Shown piece after piece: positions 1 through 11,157 of a stretch of 64,000 bases of DNA. Each line of letters starts with the position of its first letter. Position 1 is the stretch's first letter. The notes under the pieces are model-generated. The model did not search any database and was not told the origin of the DNA. It worked only from the letters and a program-made list of their open reading frames with translations. The stretch comes from an uncultured Spirochaetia bacterium (GTDB lineage: Bacteria; Oederibacteriota; PGYV01; Palsa-1178), in assembly GCA_964565765.1 (NCBI GenBank), contig CAZMGF010000001.1, positions 43,283 through 107,282 on the forward strand. The letters are read 5' to 3'. A program made the translations under genes and the position numbers.

Positions 1-270
1 GCGGATGGTTGTGATAAGCGCGTCCTTTAGCGGGCCGGCAAGAAAAAATGTGGCGCAGGCGAGCAGGAAAAGCAGAAAGGCAAAAGCCTGCGGGAAGTGC
101 ACCAGTATGGGATGTATATGAAAGCCAAGCAGCATGCGCCTTTTTTCTGATACCGGGTCAATAAACGGCTCAAACATCTTTGCCGGCACTCCGCACGCCG
201 GGCATTTGTCGTGTAATTTACCGGCTTCCATCACAAATCCGCACGATTTGCATTTTACAAGTTCAGCCAT
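1..270 (-). CDS. Membrane protein with N-terminal Cys-X2-Cys...Cys-X2-Cys zinc-ribbon (rubredoxin-like) followed by hydrophobic segment; partial, 3' end runs off the window
   Basis: Reverse-complement translation MAELVKCKSCGFVMEAGKLHDKCPACGVPAKMFEPFIDPVSEKRRMLLGFHIHPILVHFPQAFAFLLFLLACATFF...; GGAGGG RBS 8 nt upstream of ATG (rc of 268-270). Confidence 0.45.
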   Translation of the reverse strand, partial: MAELVKCKSCGFVMEAGKLHDKCPACGVPAKMFEPFIDPVSEKRRMLLGFHIHPILVHFPQAFAFLLFLLACATFFLAGPLKDALITTIR

Positions 271-436
271 TTTTCGCCCTCCATAATTTATAGTATTAAT
301 AATATTAGGATATATTATAAAAGTCAAGAAGTTTGATGCCTGCCTTTAAAACGGCCCCTTTTCTTACTTGGACTTGAAAAAACCGGCCTGATATACTATT
401 ATATACACATATTATTTCAACATGTTGGAGGTAAAA

Positions 437-1774
437 ATGGACGCAGTAATCCTCGCCAGGATCCAGTTCGCTTTGACCATCGGGTTCCATTTCCTTTTCC
501 CCGCGATGACGCTGGGCACGGGGCTCATTATCCTTATCAGCGAAACCATTTATATAATAAAGAAGGACGAGGATTATAAAAGAATAACAGATTTTCTCGC
601 GAGGCTTCTGGGCGTGATATTCGTGGTAGGCGCCGCCAGCGGCATTACCATGGAGTTTTCCTTCGGCAACAACTGGTCGCAGTACGCCAGGGCAGTGGGC
701 GACATATTCGGGCCGATTCTGGCTGTCGAAGGCGTTGTGGCATTTTTCCTTGAGTCTGTTTTTATCGGCGTGCTTGTATTCGGACGGGGCCGTGTATCAA
801 AAGGGCTCTACTGGATATCGGCTCTGCTGGTTTTCCTGGGCAGCCACCTTTCAGGGTTCTGGATAATTGTCGCGAATTCATGGATGCAGACGCCGGCGGG
901 ATTCGACCCGGCCATATACGCCCAGACGGGAAAAATAGTCCTCTCGGATTTCGGGGCCGCTGTTTTTAACCCCTCCACACTGCCCAGGTTCATGCACACC
1001 ATAATGGCCTCATGGATGACCTGCTCGATAATGGTCACAGGTATAGGCGCTTATTATGTATTAATAGGAAAATTCGGGGATACGGCAAAAAAAATGTTAA
1101 AGTTCGGCATTATACTCTTTGCGATAACGCCTCTGCTCCAGCTTGTAACGGGCCACATCCACGCAGTACAGGTTTTAAACACGCAGCCGGTGAAAGGGGC
1201 CGCGCTTGAGGGGCTATTTGAAACGAAATCCGGTGTGCCCATATATGGAGCCGGATGGGTTGATGTAAACAACAAAAAGACAACGGGCATCGCGATACCG
1301 GACGGACTTTCTTTTCTTTATAACTTCCATCTTGATTCCACCATAAAGGGGTTAAACGAGTTTCCAAAAGAGAACTGGCCGAATGTAAATTTTATATTCC
1401 AGACTTACCACCTGATGGTGGCAATCGGAATATTATCAATAGGCGTCGGGCTTTTCGGCGCCTGGCTGCTTTACAGGAAAAAACTTTATGAAACAAAATG
1501 GTTCCTTTTCCTGCTGCCGTTCATGATACCGCTGCCGCATATCGCCCATGAAAGCGGGTGGATATCGGCCGAAGTGGGCCGCCAGCCATGGATAATTTAC
1601 AACATGATGAGGACACACGACGCCGCTTCAGTTGTGGTCGGAGCGGGGCAGATATTATTTTCGCTCATCATGTTCGCCGCAATTTACACAATGCTCGCCG
1701 TAATATTTCTTTCCGTGGCCATGAAAATAATAAAAAAGGGATTTGATTCCCCGGCGGCGGAGGCCAAGATATGA
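437..1774 (+). CDS. cydA: Cytochrome bd ubiquinol oxidase subunit I
   Basis: MDAVILARIQFALTIGFHFLFPAMTLGTG... typical CydA N-terminus, about 445 aa, multi-TM; GGAGGT RBS at 427-432; overlaps the next gene by 4 nt. Confidence 0.9.
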   Translation: MDAVILARIQFALTIGFHFLFPAMTLGTGLIILISETIYIIKKDEDYKRITDFLARLLGVIFVVGAASGITMEFSFGNNWSQYARAVGDIFGPILAVEGVVAFFLESVFIGVLVFGRGRVSKGLYWISALLVFLGSHLSGFWIIVANSWMQTPAGFDPAIYAQTGKIVLSDFGAAVFNPSTLPRFMHTIMASWMTCSIMVTGIGAYYVLIGKFGDTAKKMLKFGIILFAITPLLQLVTGHIHAVQVLNTQPVKGAALEGLFETKSGVPIYGAGWVDVNNKKTTGIAIPDGLSFLYNFHLDSTIKGLNEFPKENWPNVNFIFQTYHLMVAIGILSIGVGLFGAWLLYRKKLYETKWFLFLLPFMIPLPHIAHESGWISAEVGRQPWIIYNMMRTHDAASVVVGAGQILFSLIMFAAIYTMLAVIFLSVAMKIIKKGFDSPAAEAKI

Positions 1775-2775
1775 CACTTGCAAACCTGCAGGAGCTCTGG
1801 TTCGCGCTTGTATGCGTGCTTTTTGCCGGATATTCAATACTGGACGGATTTGACCTGGGGCTGGGAGCGCTGCTGCCCCTGCTCGGGAAAAAGAAAGAGG
1901 AAAAGGATATATTAATAGCATCAATAGGGCCGGTCTGGGACGGGAACGAGGTATGGCTCATCACCGGCGGCGGGGCGCTTTTCGCGGCTTTTCCGCAGGC
2001 GTACGCAACCGCATTCTCGGGATTTTATATTGCCATGATGCTGGTGCTGTTCTCATTAATATTCAGGGCCGTTTCCATGGAGTTCCGCAGCCATGACACC
2101 GCACGCGCGGGATTCTGGGAAGCCTCTTTTACCACCGGCAGTTTTTTTGCGGCGCTGTTATTCGGTGTTGCGCTTGGAAATGTTGTATTCGGCGTGCCCC
2201 TTGATTCTAAAATGGAATATACGGGTGATTTCTTTACCCTCCTGCGCCCCATGCCGCTGTTATTCGGCGTAACAGGGCTTGCTGCGGTTTTGGCCCAGGG
2301 GGCATCTTATGCGGCCATGAAAACTGAAAACAAAATACGTGAAAGGGCCTTTGGCCTGCTCGAAACCATACTGCCTTTTTATTTTGTGCTTGCGCTGCTT
2401 TACATGGCGCTGGTAAATATTTTTATAAAAAATGTAATGACGTCGCCTCTGTTCATTGCCGGTGCTGTAATTTCAATCGCGGCCTTAACGGCCGCCATGT
2501 ATGCAAGGGAAAAACAAAAAGAAAGAATCCTTTTCGCCTCCACTTCCACGGCCCTGCTGGGGCTCTGGGCAATAACGGCGGCGGCGCACTATCCAAACCT
2601 TATAAAGGCCTCAAATGACGCGGCCCTTTCAATTACCACAGGCAACGCCTCAACTTCACTGCACACCCTTACGCTCATGTCATGGATAGCCATAATCGGC
2701 ATGCCGGTGGTGCTGGCATATACCATTTTTGTTTACAGTATATTCAAAGGCAAGGCAAAGGCTCTAAAATATTAG
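1771..2775 (+). CDS. cydB: Cytochrome bd ubiquinol oxidase subunit II
   Basis: MTLANLQELWFALVCVLFAGYSILDGFDLGLGALLPLLGK... CydB signature; translationally coupled to cydA (ATGA overlap). Confidence 0.9.
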   Translation: MTLANLQELWFALVCVLFAGYSILDGFDLGLGALLPLLGKKKEEKDILIASIGPVWDGNEVWLITGGGALFAAFPQAYATAFSGFYIAMMLVLFSLIFRAVSMEFRSHDTARAGFWEASFTTGSFFAALLFGVALGNVVFGVPLDSKMEYTGDFFTLLRPMPLLFGVTGLAAVLAQGASYAAMKTENKIRERAFGLLETILPFYFVLALLYMALVNIFIKNVMTSPLFIAGAVISIAALTAAMYAREKQKERILFASTSTALLGLWAITAAAHYPNLIKASNDAALSITTGNASTSLHTLTLMSWIAIIGMPVVLAYTIFVYSIFKGKAKALKY

Positions 2776-2830
2776 GAAATTAAAAAATGCGCGGGCTGGA
2801 TAAAGCCCGGCTTTAAGAAATGGGGATGAG

Positions 2831-4744
2831 ATGAAAAAAGTTATTTTAGCGGTATTATTAATATTCACGGCGCGGCTTGTCCTTGCGCAACAGGGAGGCG
2901 CCTTTGTCGGAGCGGGCGGAGACGAACCCGCAAGCGTAGATACCGGCGCTGTAATGACCGGCGATGAGGACGAGGATATACAGACAGGTTTGAATGAATA
3001 CGCGCAGATTTCCACTGTGTTTAAGGGCGGCGCGCTTTCAGGAGGCGCGGTAACCGCGGCTGACCTTCTGGGAGATGTGCCGGGAATATATTTCAGCAAG
3101 GCTTCGATAATGGCCGCCGGAAACGGGCAGTTCTCGCCGCAGGTAATTAATATCAGGGGATTCGGCAGCGCTCCGTACGCTAATATACTCACCGTGGTTG
3201 ACGGAAGGCCGCAGTCAATGTCAATGTGGATGCACCCGCTGCTTGATACCATGACCCTTGACTGCGTTGAATCAATGGAAGTCATACAGGGGCCCTCGGG
3301 AGTATTATACGGGAACCAGGCAACAGGCGGAGTGATTGATATAACCACAAAAAAACGTGATGTCGAAGGCTCTTCATATGAAATGGGAGCCATGGAAGGC
3401 ACCCACTTTACACAGGATTATTTTTTTAACGGCTTATTCAAGGCGGAAGAGATAGATTCTTCCTTTACGGCGGGTTACAATACCACGGGCGGCGAGAGGC
3501 CAAATTCGGATTCATATACCGAGGACGGGCATGCCCATGTGGGATATAAATTTGAGGAGGATCTTTCCGCGGCTGTGAACGGTGATTATTCTTATATAAG
3601 GTCATTCAATCCAGGGCCCGACTTTGCGCCCTACTGGCCCAGGGAAGCCGAGGCGCTTGAGGCGATTCATCGCGACGGCGATTTCAGGATAAATTATAAG
3701 CTCACCGATTATACGGGCTCAACAATGTTTTATACGGATTCCGGGTCCAACAGGTTCCTGGGAAACGCCACACCGTCAGCTGTAACGCCGGGAGCCTTTG
3801 ATTTTACAATTCCGGGAGAGTACGACCAGTATGAAAATCACGGCATACGTGTGGCCAATGAATGGATAATATTTCCCGGGAATTCCACAAAAGCCGGCAT
3901 TGACTGGCAGTATACAGGGACATTTTATGAAAATTATCCGGCAGTTTCATCCACTGCTGTTAATGTCGGAACCTATGAGGACAATTACGCGCCGTATTTT
4001 CTTATCAGCCAGGCCGTGGGGATATTCGGGGTATCCGGCGGGTTAAGGATGGCTTATTCCAGCAAATGGGGGTTTGTGCCAATCCCGCAGGCGGGCCTGA
4101 AACTTTCTATTTTTGACCAGCAGACAATTTATGTGAATGTTTCCAGGGGGTATTCAACCCCGGCGGCCGGACAGATGGTATTTGCCAACTTTGAGTCACT
4201 TACACCGGAAAGTTTCTGGCAGTACGAAGCCGGCCTCACCCAGACCTTAAATGAAAATCTTACATTCACACTTTCCTGCTATCAGATTGAGGCCGAAAAC
4301 ATGCTGCAGGTTGACCCCATGGACGACACGCTGATGAATTCCGGCTCCATGCTTGAGCGGTGCGCGTCCGCTTCTGTTGATTACAGGGCTTTCGGCTTCC
4401 TTGACACAGGAGCGTCGGCGGCATACCTTGACCCGCGTGATAAGACGGCGCGGCTGGCGCTTTTTTCCGGAAAGGGATACATAAAGGCGGATATAACAAA
4501 GGAGTATGAATTTAAGATTTCTGCTGATTTTGCCAAAGACAGATATGACGCCGATGATTTCGGGACAAAGCTCGGAGATTACGCGGTTGTAAACGCCTCG
4601 CTGGATTATAAAACAAAGCTTTTTGATTCCGAGACAAAATTTTATCTCAACGCGGTAAATCTGCTCAACACAAAATATTACGTTATTTCAGGTTATCCGG
4701 GCGAAGGCTTCAACCTGATGTGCGGAATGACCCTGAAGATATAA
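2831..4744 (+). CDS. TonB-dependent receptor-like outer-membrane beta-barrel protein (plug domain plus barrel)
   Basis: Signal peptide MKKVILAVLLIFTARLVLAQ; plug-domain motifs NIRGFGSAPYANILTVVDGRP and VIQGPSGVLYGNQATGGVIDITTKK; C-terminal aromatic terminus typical of OM barrels. Confidence 0.7.
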   Translation: MKKVILAVLLIFTARLVLAQQGGAFVGAGGDEPASVDTGAVMTGDEDEDIQTGLNEYAQISTVFKGGALSGGAVTAADLLGDVPGIYFSKASIMAAGNGQFSPQVINIRGFGSAPYANILTVVDGRPQSMSMWMHPLLDTMTLDCVESMEVIQGPSGVLYGNQATGGVIDITTKKRDVEGSSYEMGAMEGTHFTQDYFFNGLFKAEEIDSSFTAGYNTTGGERPNSDSYTEDGHAHVGYKFEEDLSAAVNGDYSYIRSFNPGPDFAPYWPREAEALEAIHRDGDFRINYKLTDYTGSTMFYTDSGSNRFLGNATPSAVTPGAFDFTIPGEYDQYENHGIRVANEWIIFPGNSTKAGIDWQYTGTFYENYPAVSSTAVNVGTYEDNYAPYFLISQAVGIFGVSGGLRMAYSSKWGFVPIPQAGLKLSIFDQQTIYVNVSRGYSTPAAGQMVFANFESLTPESFWQYEAGLTQTLNENLTFTLSCYQIEAENMLQVDPMDDTLMNSGSMLERCASASVDYRAFGFLDTGASAAYLDPRDKTARLALFSGKGYIKADITKEYEFKISADFAKDRYDADDFGTKLGDYAVVNASLDYKTKLFDSETKFYLNAVNLLNTKYYVISGYPGEGFNLMCGMTLKI

Positions 4745-4826
4745 TAAACGCGCAATAAATTTCAAAATGGATTTGTTTTTATTTTTATGGTATATTGTAT
4801 TGGAGGGAGTTTATACAGGAGTTTAA

Positions 4827-6377
4827 ATGAAAAAGATAGCGGCAATAATAATTTGTCTTGCGCTTTTGCAAATATTTACGGAAAATTCCGCGGCTAACGT
4901 TATAAATATACAGAATAATAATATAGGCTTAAATTTTGCCGATGATACATTTGGGTTTAATATGGGAACCAGCTATCTTTACAGCGTGCCTTCCGAACCG
5001 CTTACATTTGATTATCCCGGCACGTCGGAATTGCTTGACCCGCTATGCTTATCCACAACTCATTCAGTAATAAATGTGGACGGCAATTTATATGATTTTT
5101 ATGATTGCCCTGTAGTAGGTACTGTGACAAGCGGTTCCAATTATGTTTCCGGAACAAAACAGGCGGCCGGGGGAGACATACAGGTTAATTTAATGATGAG
5201 TCTGGTCAATAATCCTGCTATAAATTCGCCGGTAGATACGGTAAAAATTAAATACACCCTTACTAATTATTCGGCTGTGGCACACACAGTGGGAGTAAGG
5301 CTGGAATTAGACACAAAGGTTTTGGATCAGGACGGCGCTATTATTTCAACGGATAACGGCATTACAACATTGGCAACCACAACGGCCTGGTACAAATCCC
5401 TAGGACAGATACCGGCAAACTGGTGGGATTTTAACTCCAGCCCTTATTCGATTCCGCCGCCGGAGCTTGTCGGAAGAGGATATACATATAATAATCCTTA
5501 CGACGAAGCCGCAACAATGCCGGATATTATGGAAGTGGCGAATTGGGAAATGGTAAACGGAGACGCACAGTGGTCCGGAGAAACTATAGGCGACGGTCTT
5601 TCAGGACCTGATGACAGCGCTGTTGTATTCTGGTGGTGCAATGGTGATGGGGATCTTTCTTCGGGATTTACATTAAATCCGGGGGCTTCAATTTCATTTG
5701 TTACCTATTACGGGCTTAATGAGCAGGCGCTTCTTACCACACCGACAATTACCCCCACATATTCGCAGACATTCACAAGAACCCCGACTTTCACGATTAC
5801 CCGGACACCTACCATCACTTCGACATGGACAGGCACTTTTACCTTTACGCCTTCATTCACGCAAACATACACACCGACAATAACAAATACATTTACAAAC
5901 TCGCCGACATTTACAATTACCGCGACTGTTACCCCTACATCGACGGAAACGCCCACTTTTACAATTACCAATACATTCACGGTTACACCGACTGTAACGC
6001 CGACTTATACCGTAACAGAAACATTTACCCAGACACCTACACCAACAATAACCCCGACCTTTACCCCTACGCCGCCGCCTTTCAGGCTCATAGGCAAGGG
6101 CAATTTTCCAAACCCTTTTGTGAGCGACACATATCTGGTTTACTGGCTTTCAACTCCGGCGCAGACGGTCAAGCTTATGGTATACACCGTTTCCGGTGAA
6201 AAAGTTTTCTGGGACGACACCCTCACGGGGACTGCCGGTTATAATTCATACCACTGGACCGGCGTAAACAGGGCGCTGAAGCCCATCGCGTCAGGGGTTT
6301 TTATTTACAGGATAGACGCTTATGACGACAACGGCAACCACGCTGATGTAATTCAGAAGCTTGTCTGCGTAAAATAA
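4827..6377 (+). CDS. Secreted protein: N-terminal domain of unknown function, Thr/Pro-repeat linker, C-terminal Por/T9SS-like sorting domain
   Basis: Signal peptide MKKIAAIIICLALLQIF; about 110 aa of T-P-T/F-T repeats; C-terminus FPNPFVSDTYLVYWLS...MVYTVSGEKVFWDD shared with CDS 47779-51516 and 54297-57275. Confidence 0.6.
   Translation: MKKIAAIIICLALLQIFTENSAANVINIQNNNIGLNFADDTFGFNMGTSYLYSVPSEPLTFDYPGTSELLDPLCLSTTHSVINVDGNLYDFYDCPVVGTVTSGSNYVSGTKQAAGGDIQVNLMMSLVNNPAINSPVDTVKIKYTLTNYSAVAHTVGVRLELDTKVLDQDGAIISTDNGITTLATTTAWYKSLGQIPANWWDFNSSPYSIPPPELVGRGYTYNNPYDEAATMPDIMEVANWEMVNGDAQWSGETIGDGLSGPDDSAVVFWWCNGDGDLSSGFTLNPGASISFVTYYGLNEQALLTTPTITPTYSQTFTRTPTFTITRTPTITSTWTGTFTFTPSFTQTYTPTITNTFTNSPTFTITATVTPTSTETPTFTITNTFTVTPTVTPTYTVTETFTQTPTPTITPTFTPTPPPFRLIGKGNFPNPFVSDTYLVYWLSTPAQTVKLMVYTVSGEKVFWDDTLTGTAGYNSYHWTGVNRALKPIASGVFIYRIDAYDDNGNHADVIQKLVCVK
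5740..6075 (+). repeat. Low-complexity ACN-CCN-ACN (Thr/Pro) coding repeat, linker region
   Basis: Protein TPTFTITRTPTITSTWTGTFTFTPSFTQTYTPTITNTFTNSPTFTITATVTPTSTETPTFTITNT...; creates the spurious antisense VGV-rich ORF 5708-5980. Confidence 0.8.
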
Positions 6378-6440
6378 TAATCCATAATCCCGTCCATAAT
6401 ACATCTTTAAGAATGGCCAGAAATATGATAAATTATCCCT

Positions 6441-8393
6441 ATGATATTTATCCTGATCGCCGCCGCAGCTATTATAAACATTATTTTAGGGGTGCTTGCC
6501 CTCGTTAAAGGCAGGAACCGCCTGAATTTATCCTTTTCAATAATTTCATTTCTGCTTGCGGCGTGGAACATCTGCGTGGTTTTCTGGAACGGCTATAATA
6601 TGCCTGTCTTTTCAAGGATAAATTTCCTTTTTGTAACTTTCGTCCCTCCGGCCGCCCTCTTTTTTGTAAAATGCCTTTTTGAAGGGGAAAACACATCCGT
6701 AATGGACGGCATGCTTAAAGTTTATATGACGCTGGCCATTTCAGGGATGGTATTTACCATCTCAACATTTTTCTCAAAAACCCTCTTTGATATTTATATG
6801 CTTTACCAGGTGCGTTTTGCCATATTCATGTATGAGTGCCTAACGCTTCTTGGGGCATTTGGAGCCCTTATATACCGCTATATGCACATTAAATTTAAGC
6901 AGGAGAAAATTAAAATACGGTACGTGATAATGGCGTTTTTTATAATTTTTCTGGGAGGCATGCTTGATTTCATGGGCGGCCTGAAAATGCACAACCTGGA
7001 ATACATGGGAAACATAAGCAATGTGGCATACGCCGCCATTATTTTTTTTGCCATATTCCGCTTAAGGCTGCTTGACGCAGGGGTAATTTTTAAAAATTTC
7101 CTGGCCTACACGCTGGTGGCGGTTGTACTTGGCTCGGTTTATGCCGCCCTTGCGCTGGCCCTGAATGACAAGCCCATCGCAATGACAGCGGCGATGCTGA
7201 TAGTGAGCCTGCCTTCGGTTTATTTCCTTAAATACCTGCACGGCTACGCCGAACTTTTTGTCCGGAAAATAAGCGGGGTGCCGGCGACTGACGGGGCCAG
7301 GGCGGCATTCAACATTATAAAATCAACGCAGGCCGGAGAGGGAGAAAAAGTCAGGCGGATACTAATGCTTATAAGGGATTTTTGTGAGATGGACACGGCG
7401 ATATATTCCGCCGCCGGCGCCTATTATCTGCTCGCATGGGAAACTGAAAATAGCGGATTCGCAAGGGTCATGGACGCCCAGGACTGCCCGGAAAAAATAG
7501 TAATAAGGTATGAGGCAAAAAGCGGAAAGGAAAAAGAACTGCTGGATAAATTCGGGGCCTCTATTATAGCCCCGCTGAAATACGGTTCACAGGCGGCAGG
7601 CATCCTGGCCGGAAGGAAACAGACGTCGGACATTTCATTCAACCAGGATGAGATTGAGCTCATCAGCGACATGTGCGAAACAGCTGCTTTTTATATCAAG
7701 GCCCACAACCTGAACCAGAGGGTGATTGAAGAAGAAAATATGAAACGCGTGGCCATGATGGCGCGCCAGATGGCGCACGAGATTAAGAACCCGCTCGCCG
7801 CGCTATGGGGGGCCGCCCAGCTGCTTGAGGGGAAAAGCGCTGCGGACATTGAAAATACCGGCATAATAAGGGAGGAGATTACCCGCCTGACTGCCATGCT
7901 TGATTCATGGAAGGATTTTTCCGGCGAACTGAAACTTAACCCTTCAGAATTCAACATTGTAAAACTTGCGGCCGATGTGGTCAAACTTATAAAATTCCAG
8001 GGCATAGTCGCTGATATAGTCCTTAACGCGCACCAGGAAAATATCACTGTAAGTGCAGACGCTGATAAGATAAAACAGGTACTGCTTAACATCATATTGA
8101 ACGCCGCCCAGGCATCCGGGGAAGGCCCGTCGCCTTCCATAAAAATAGATGCGGCCCAAAAGAACGGGTTTGCCGAGATCAAGGTGCGCGACAACGGCCG
8201 CGGGATAGTCCCGGAGGTCATGGAAAAAATAAGGCAGCCCCTTTTTACCACAAAACCCAGGGGGTCGGGGCTCGGGCTGGCGGTTTCTGACAGAATACTA
8301 AAAGCGCACGGCGGCAGCATGATAATACAGAGCGACGGCAACAGCTACACGGAAGTTACCGTGGCCCTTTCAACGGCTGACGCGGCGTTATAA
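6441..8393 (+). CDS. Sensor histidine kinase (membrane-anchored; HisKA plus HATPase_c), partner of the downstream sigma54-type response regulator
   Basis: N-terminal multi-TM region; H-box MAHEIKNPLAAL; C-terminal GRGIVPE...GSGLGLAVS ATPase motifs. Confidence 0.8.
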   Translation: MIFILIAAAAIINIILGVLALVKGRNRLNLSFSIISFLLAAWNICVVFWNGYNMPVFSRINFLFVTFVPPAALFFVKCLFEGENTSVMDGMLKVYMTLAISGMVFTISTFFSKTLFDIYMLYQVRFAIFMYECLTLLGAFGALIYRYMHIKFKQEKIKIRYVIMAFFIIFLGGMLDFMGGLKMHNLEYMGNISNVAYAAIIFFAIFRLRLLDAGVIFKNFLAYTLVAVVLGSVYAALALALNDKPIAMTAAMLIVSLPSVYFLKYLHGYAELFVRKISGVPATDGARAAFNIIKSTQAGEGEKVRRILMLIRDFCEMDTAIYSAAGAYYLLAWETENSGFARVMDAQDCPEKIVIRYEAKSGKEKELLDKFGASIIAPLKYGSQAAGILAGRKQTSDISFNQDEIELISDMCETAAFYIKAHNLNQRVIEEENMKRVAMMARQMAHEIKNPLAALWGAAQLLEGKSAADIENTGIIREEITRLTAMLDSWKDFSGELKLNPSEFNIVKLAADVVKLIKFQGIVADIVLNAHQENITVSADADKIKQVLLNIILNAAQASGEGPSPSIKIDAAQKNGFAEIKVRDNGRGIVPEVMEKIRQPLFTTKPRGSGLGLAVSDRILKAHGGSMIIQSDGNSYTEVTVALSTADAAL

Positions 8394-8419
8394 TTAAAAA
8401 TAGTTAATAGGGAGACAAG

Positions 8420-9754
8420 ATGGCTAAAATACTTATTGCCGACGATGAGGAAAATATAAGGAAAGTATTAAAAGGGCTCCTTGCTAAAAACGGTTACACC
8501 GACGTGCTTCAGGCCCAGGACGGACTCAAGGCCCTGGAAATATTCCAGGATGAGAATATAGACCTGGTAATTTCCGACGTTAATATGCCGGTGATGGACG
8601 GCCTTGAATTTTTTTCAAGGATAAGGGAGAGCGGCGTCCCTTTTATAGTGCTTACGGCTTACGGCACAATTGAGACGGCGGTAAACGCGGTAAAAAGCGG
8701 TGTGTATGATTTTCTGCCGAAACCTTTTGACGAGCAGAACCTTGTTGATACGGTAAAAAAGGCGCTAAAAGAGAGCGGCCGCAGGGATACGGCCGCGGCT
8801 TCCGGGTCAATTGAGGAGATATTTTTTTCATCTTCCCATCCAGACATACTCAAAATAAAGCACATGCTTTCAAGGGTTATTAATACCAGGGCGGGTATAC
8901 TTATATGCGGGGAGACAGGCACCGGAAAGGGTGTGCTGGCCGGGATTATTCACGGGCTCAGCGTCGATAAGGCAAGCCCCTTCATAAAGGTCAACTGCGC
9001 GGCCATTCCGCAGGGGCTCATTGAATCCGAACTTTTTGGTTATGTAAAAGGGGCATTTACAGGGGCGGCCATTGACAAACCGGGAAAATTCGAACTGGCG
9101 GATAAGGGTACTATTTTTCTCGATGAAATAGGGGAATTGAGCCCAGAGATACAGGCCAAGCTGCTTTCTGTCATACAGGAAAAAGAGCTTACCAGGCTCG
9201 GGGATGTCAGGGTAAAAAAGGTCGACGCGCGGGTAATAGCCGCGACCAACATTGATATCAAGGCGGCCATAGAGGAGAAAAAATTCAGGGAGGACCTGTA
9301 TTACAGGCTCAACATTGTTGAATTCACACTTCCTCCGTTAAGGGAAAGATCCGCCGATATTCCCGCGCTTGTAAATTATTTTGCGGGGAAATATGCCGCG
9401 GAATTCGGTACGCAGATAAAGGAATTTGACGGCGCGGCGTTTGCAAGGCTGAAGTCATATCAATGGCCCGGCAACGTCAGGGAGCTTGAAAATATAATAC
9501 AGAAGGTATCCATAATGGAAAGTGAAACCCTGATCACAGCCGAAGCCCTGGGCGCTTATCTGAAAAGCGGGGTTTCCGGTGAAACCGCAGCAACCATGTT
9601 CGAGGCGGGCAGGGAGGAAAAGGCAAAAAAAGAAATTGAGCTTATAAAGGACGCGCTTGCCAGGACGCAGAACAACAAGACAAAGGCATCGGAGCTGCTC
9701 GGGATATCGCGCAGGACCCTTTTATACAGGCTCAAAGAATACTCGATGGAATAG
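8420..9754 (+). CDS. Sigma-54-dependent response regulator (NtrC/AtoC family: REC, AAA+ sigma54 activator, Fis-type HTH)
   Basis: KILIADDEENIRKVL REC domain; Walker A GETGTGKG; GAFTGA motif in ESELFGYVKGAFTGA; C-terminal HTH SELLGISRRTLLYRLKEY. Confidence 0.9.
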   Translation: MAKILIADDEENIRKVLKGLLAKNGYTDVLQAQDGLKALEIFQDENIDLVISDVNMPVMDGLEFFSRIRESGVPFIVLTAYGTIETAVNAVKSGVYDFLPKPFDEQNLVDTVKKALKESGRRDTAAASGSIEEIFFSSSHPDILKIKHMLSRVINTRAGILICGETGTGKGVLAGIIHGLSVDKASPFIKVNCAAIPQGLIESELFGYVKGAFTGAAIDKPGKFELADKGTIFLDEIGELSPEIQAKLLSVIQEKELTRLGDVRVKKVDARVIAATNIDIKAAIEEKKFREDLYYRLNIVEFTLPPLRERSADIPALVNYFAGKYAAEFGTQIKEFDGAAFARLKSYQWPGNVRELENIIQKVSIMESETLITAEALGAYLKSGVSGETAATMFEAGREEKAKKEIELIKDALARTQNNKTKASELLGISRRTLLYRLKEYSME

Positions 9755-9827
9755 TCTTATTGACTTTACGGGCAGGGGCGTATAAAATCAATCAACAGCA
9801 TGAATTGTATATTATAAGGAGGATTGG

Positions 9828-11138
9828 TTGAATTCATCAGTTAAAACAGCAATAATAATCTTTTCAGGCGCGGCCATTATCGCGGCCGCCGCGATTTTTT
9901 CCGGAAATAACGGCGTCTTTATAACCATACTTGCCGCCGTGGTTGCGGCATTATTGATGTTTCTTGCCATATATTTCACCGTGGCACGCTCTGCTGATAT
10001 TCTGGAAAAATCACTCAGGCGTTTAAGTACAGGGGAAGCATCCGGCAGCGCGTTAAAACAAGGCGGCGGGGCCCTTAAAGAAATGGCCGCGTATATTGAC
10101 AGGGCCGCCGCGGCGGCTGAGAGCCTCGGAGAAGGATCAATACCGGCGGGATTTAAGGGGCTTTCAAAAGAAGACAGGCTCGGAAGGGCCATTGAAAAAA
10201 TAACCGCGTATATGGCCGGTATAACCGCGGCCGCCAATGAACTTGCGGCGGGAAATTTTTCAATCACCTATTCACCCGTATCTGAAAAGGATCTAACGGG
10301 CTCCGCGTTCGGATCCATAATAGATAATTTAAAACCCTTAATTAATAATATCAAGGGGCAATCCAACGCGCTATCTTCATCTTCCGAAGTTTTTGTGTCC
10401 ATCGCGGACCAGCTAAAGTCCACCGCCATGCAGCTTTCCGAAACGATGGCGCACATTTCGGGGGCCACGGCGCAGTCGGCGAGCGATTCGCAGGACGCGG
10501 CAAAATCCGCCCTCAACGCGAATCAGGCCTCAAAAAAGGGGATGGAACTGATGGGAAAAATGCTCGCTTCCATGTCGTTTATAAGAAAGGATATGGAAAT
10601 GTCGGTAAAGCAGGTGACCGAGCTGGCAGTATATTCGGACCGCATCAACCAGATGCTGGAGGTAATAAGGGCCGTATCAGAGGAGACAAAACTGCTTTCA
10701 TTTAACGCGGCGATAGAAGCCGCACGCGCAGGCGAGCAGGGGCGCGGTTTTGCCATTGTCGCGGAAGAGATAAGGAAGCTCTCGGACAACAGCGCCGAGG
10801 AGCTTAAAAAGATATCGGTTATAATAAGGGATATCAGGACGCATATGACCACGCTTGTGGACAATATAACCAGGGAAGCGGTCCAGATAAAGGAAGGGGC
10901 CGAAATACTAGAGCAGTCCAACGCGATGTTTTCGGAAATAGCCGGAGCCGTGGACATGGCCACCACAAAAGTGGAATCCATCGCCGCCTCATCAGAGGAG
11001 ATAGCAGCCTCTGCCGAGGAATCAGCCGCGTCATCACAGGAGCAGACCGCGTCGGTAGAGGAATTTTCCGCCGCGGGTACCGAGCTTGAAACCGCCGCGA
11101 AAATACTAAAGGAAACCGCGGAAAAATTCAGGGTATAA
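9828..11138 (+). CDS. Methyl-accepting chemotaxis protein
   Basis: Highly conserved MCP signalling domain [32 protein letters not shown]; N-terminal TM; TTG start 7 nt after AGGAGG. Confidence 0.85.
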   Translation: MNSSVKTAIIIFSGAAIIAAAAIFSGNNGVFITILAAVVAALLMFLAIYFTVARSADILEKSLRRLSTGEASGSALKQGGGALKEMAAYIDRAAAAAESLGEGSIPAGFKGLSKEDRLGRAIEKITAYMAGITAAANELAAGNFSITYSPVSEKDLTGSAFGSIIDNLKPLINNIKGQSNALSSSSEVFVSIADQLKSTAMQLSETMAHISGATAQSASDSQDAAKSALNANQASKKGMELMGKMLASMSFIRKDMEMSVKQVTELAVYSDRINQMLEVIRAVSEETKLLSFNAAIEAARAGEQGRGFAIVAEEIRKLSDNSAEELKKISVIIRDIRTHMTTLVDNITREAVQIKEGAEILEQSNAMFSEIAGAVDMATTKVESIAASSEEIAASAEESAASSQEQTASVEEFSAAGTELETAAKILKETAEKFRV

Positions 11139-11157
11139 AACGAACGGAGAAAATCAG

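Noticed and set aside
5708-5980. 90-aa ORF (VGV/NVGV-rich) antisense to the Thr/Pro linker of CDS 4827-6377. Similar VGV-rich antisense ORFs occur at 49116-49346, 50409-51269 (286 aa), 50992-51315 and 56333-56692.
   Set aside because: Complement of ACN/CCN (Thr/Pro) codons is NGT/NGG (Val/Gly), which automatically yields long stop-free frames. No RBS. Fully contained in strongly supported sense genes.
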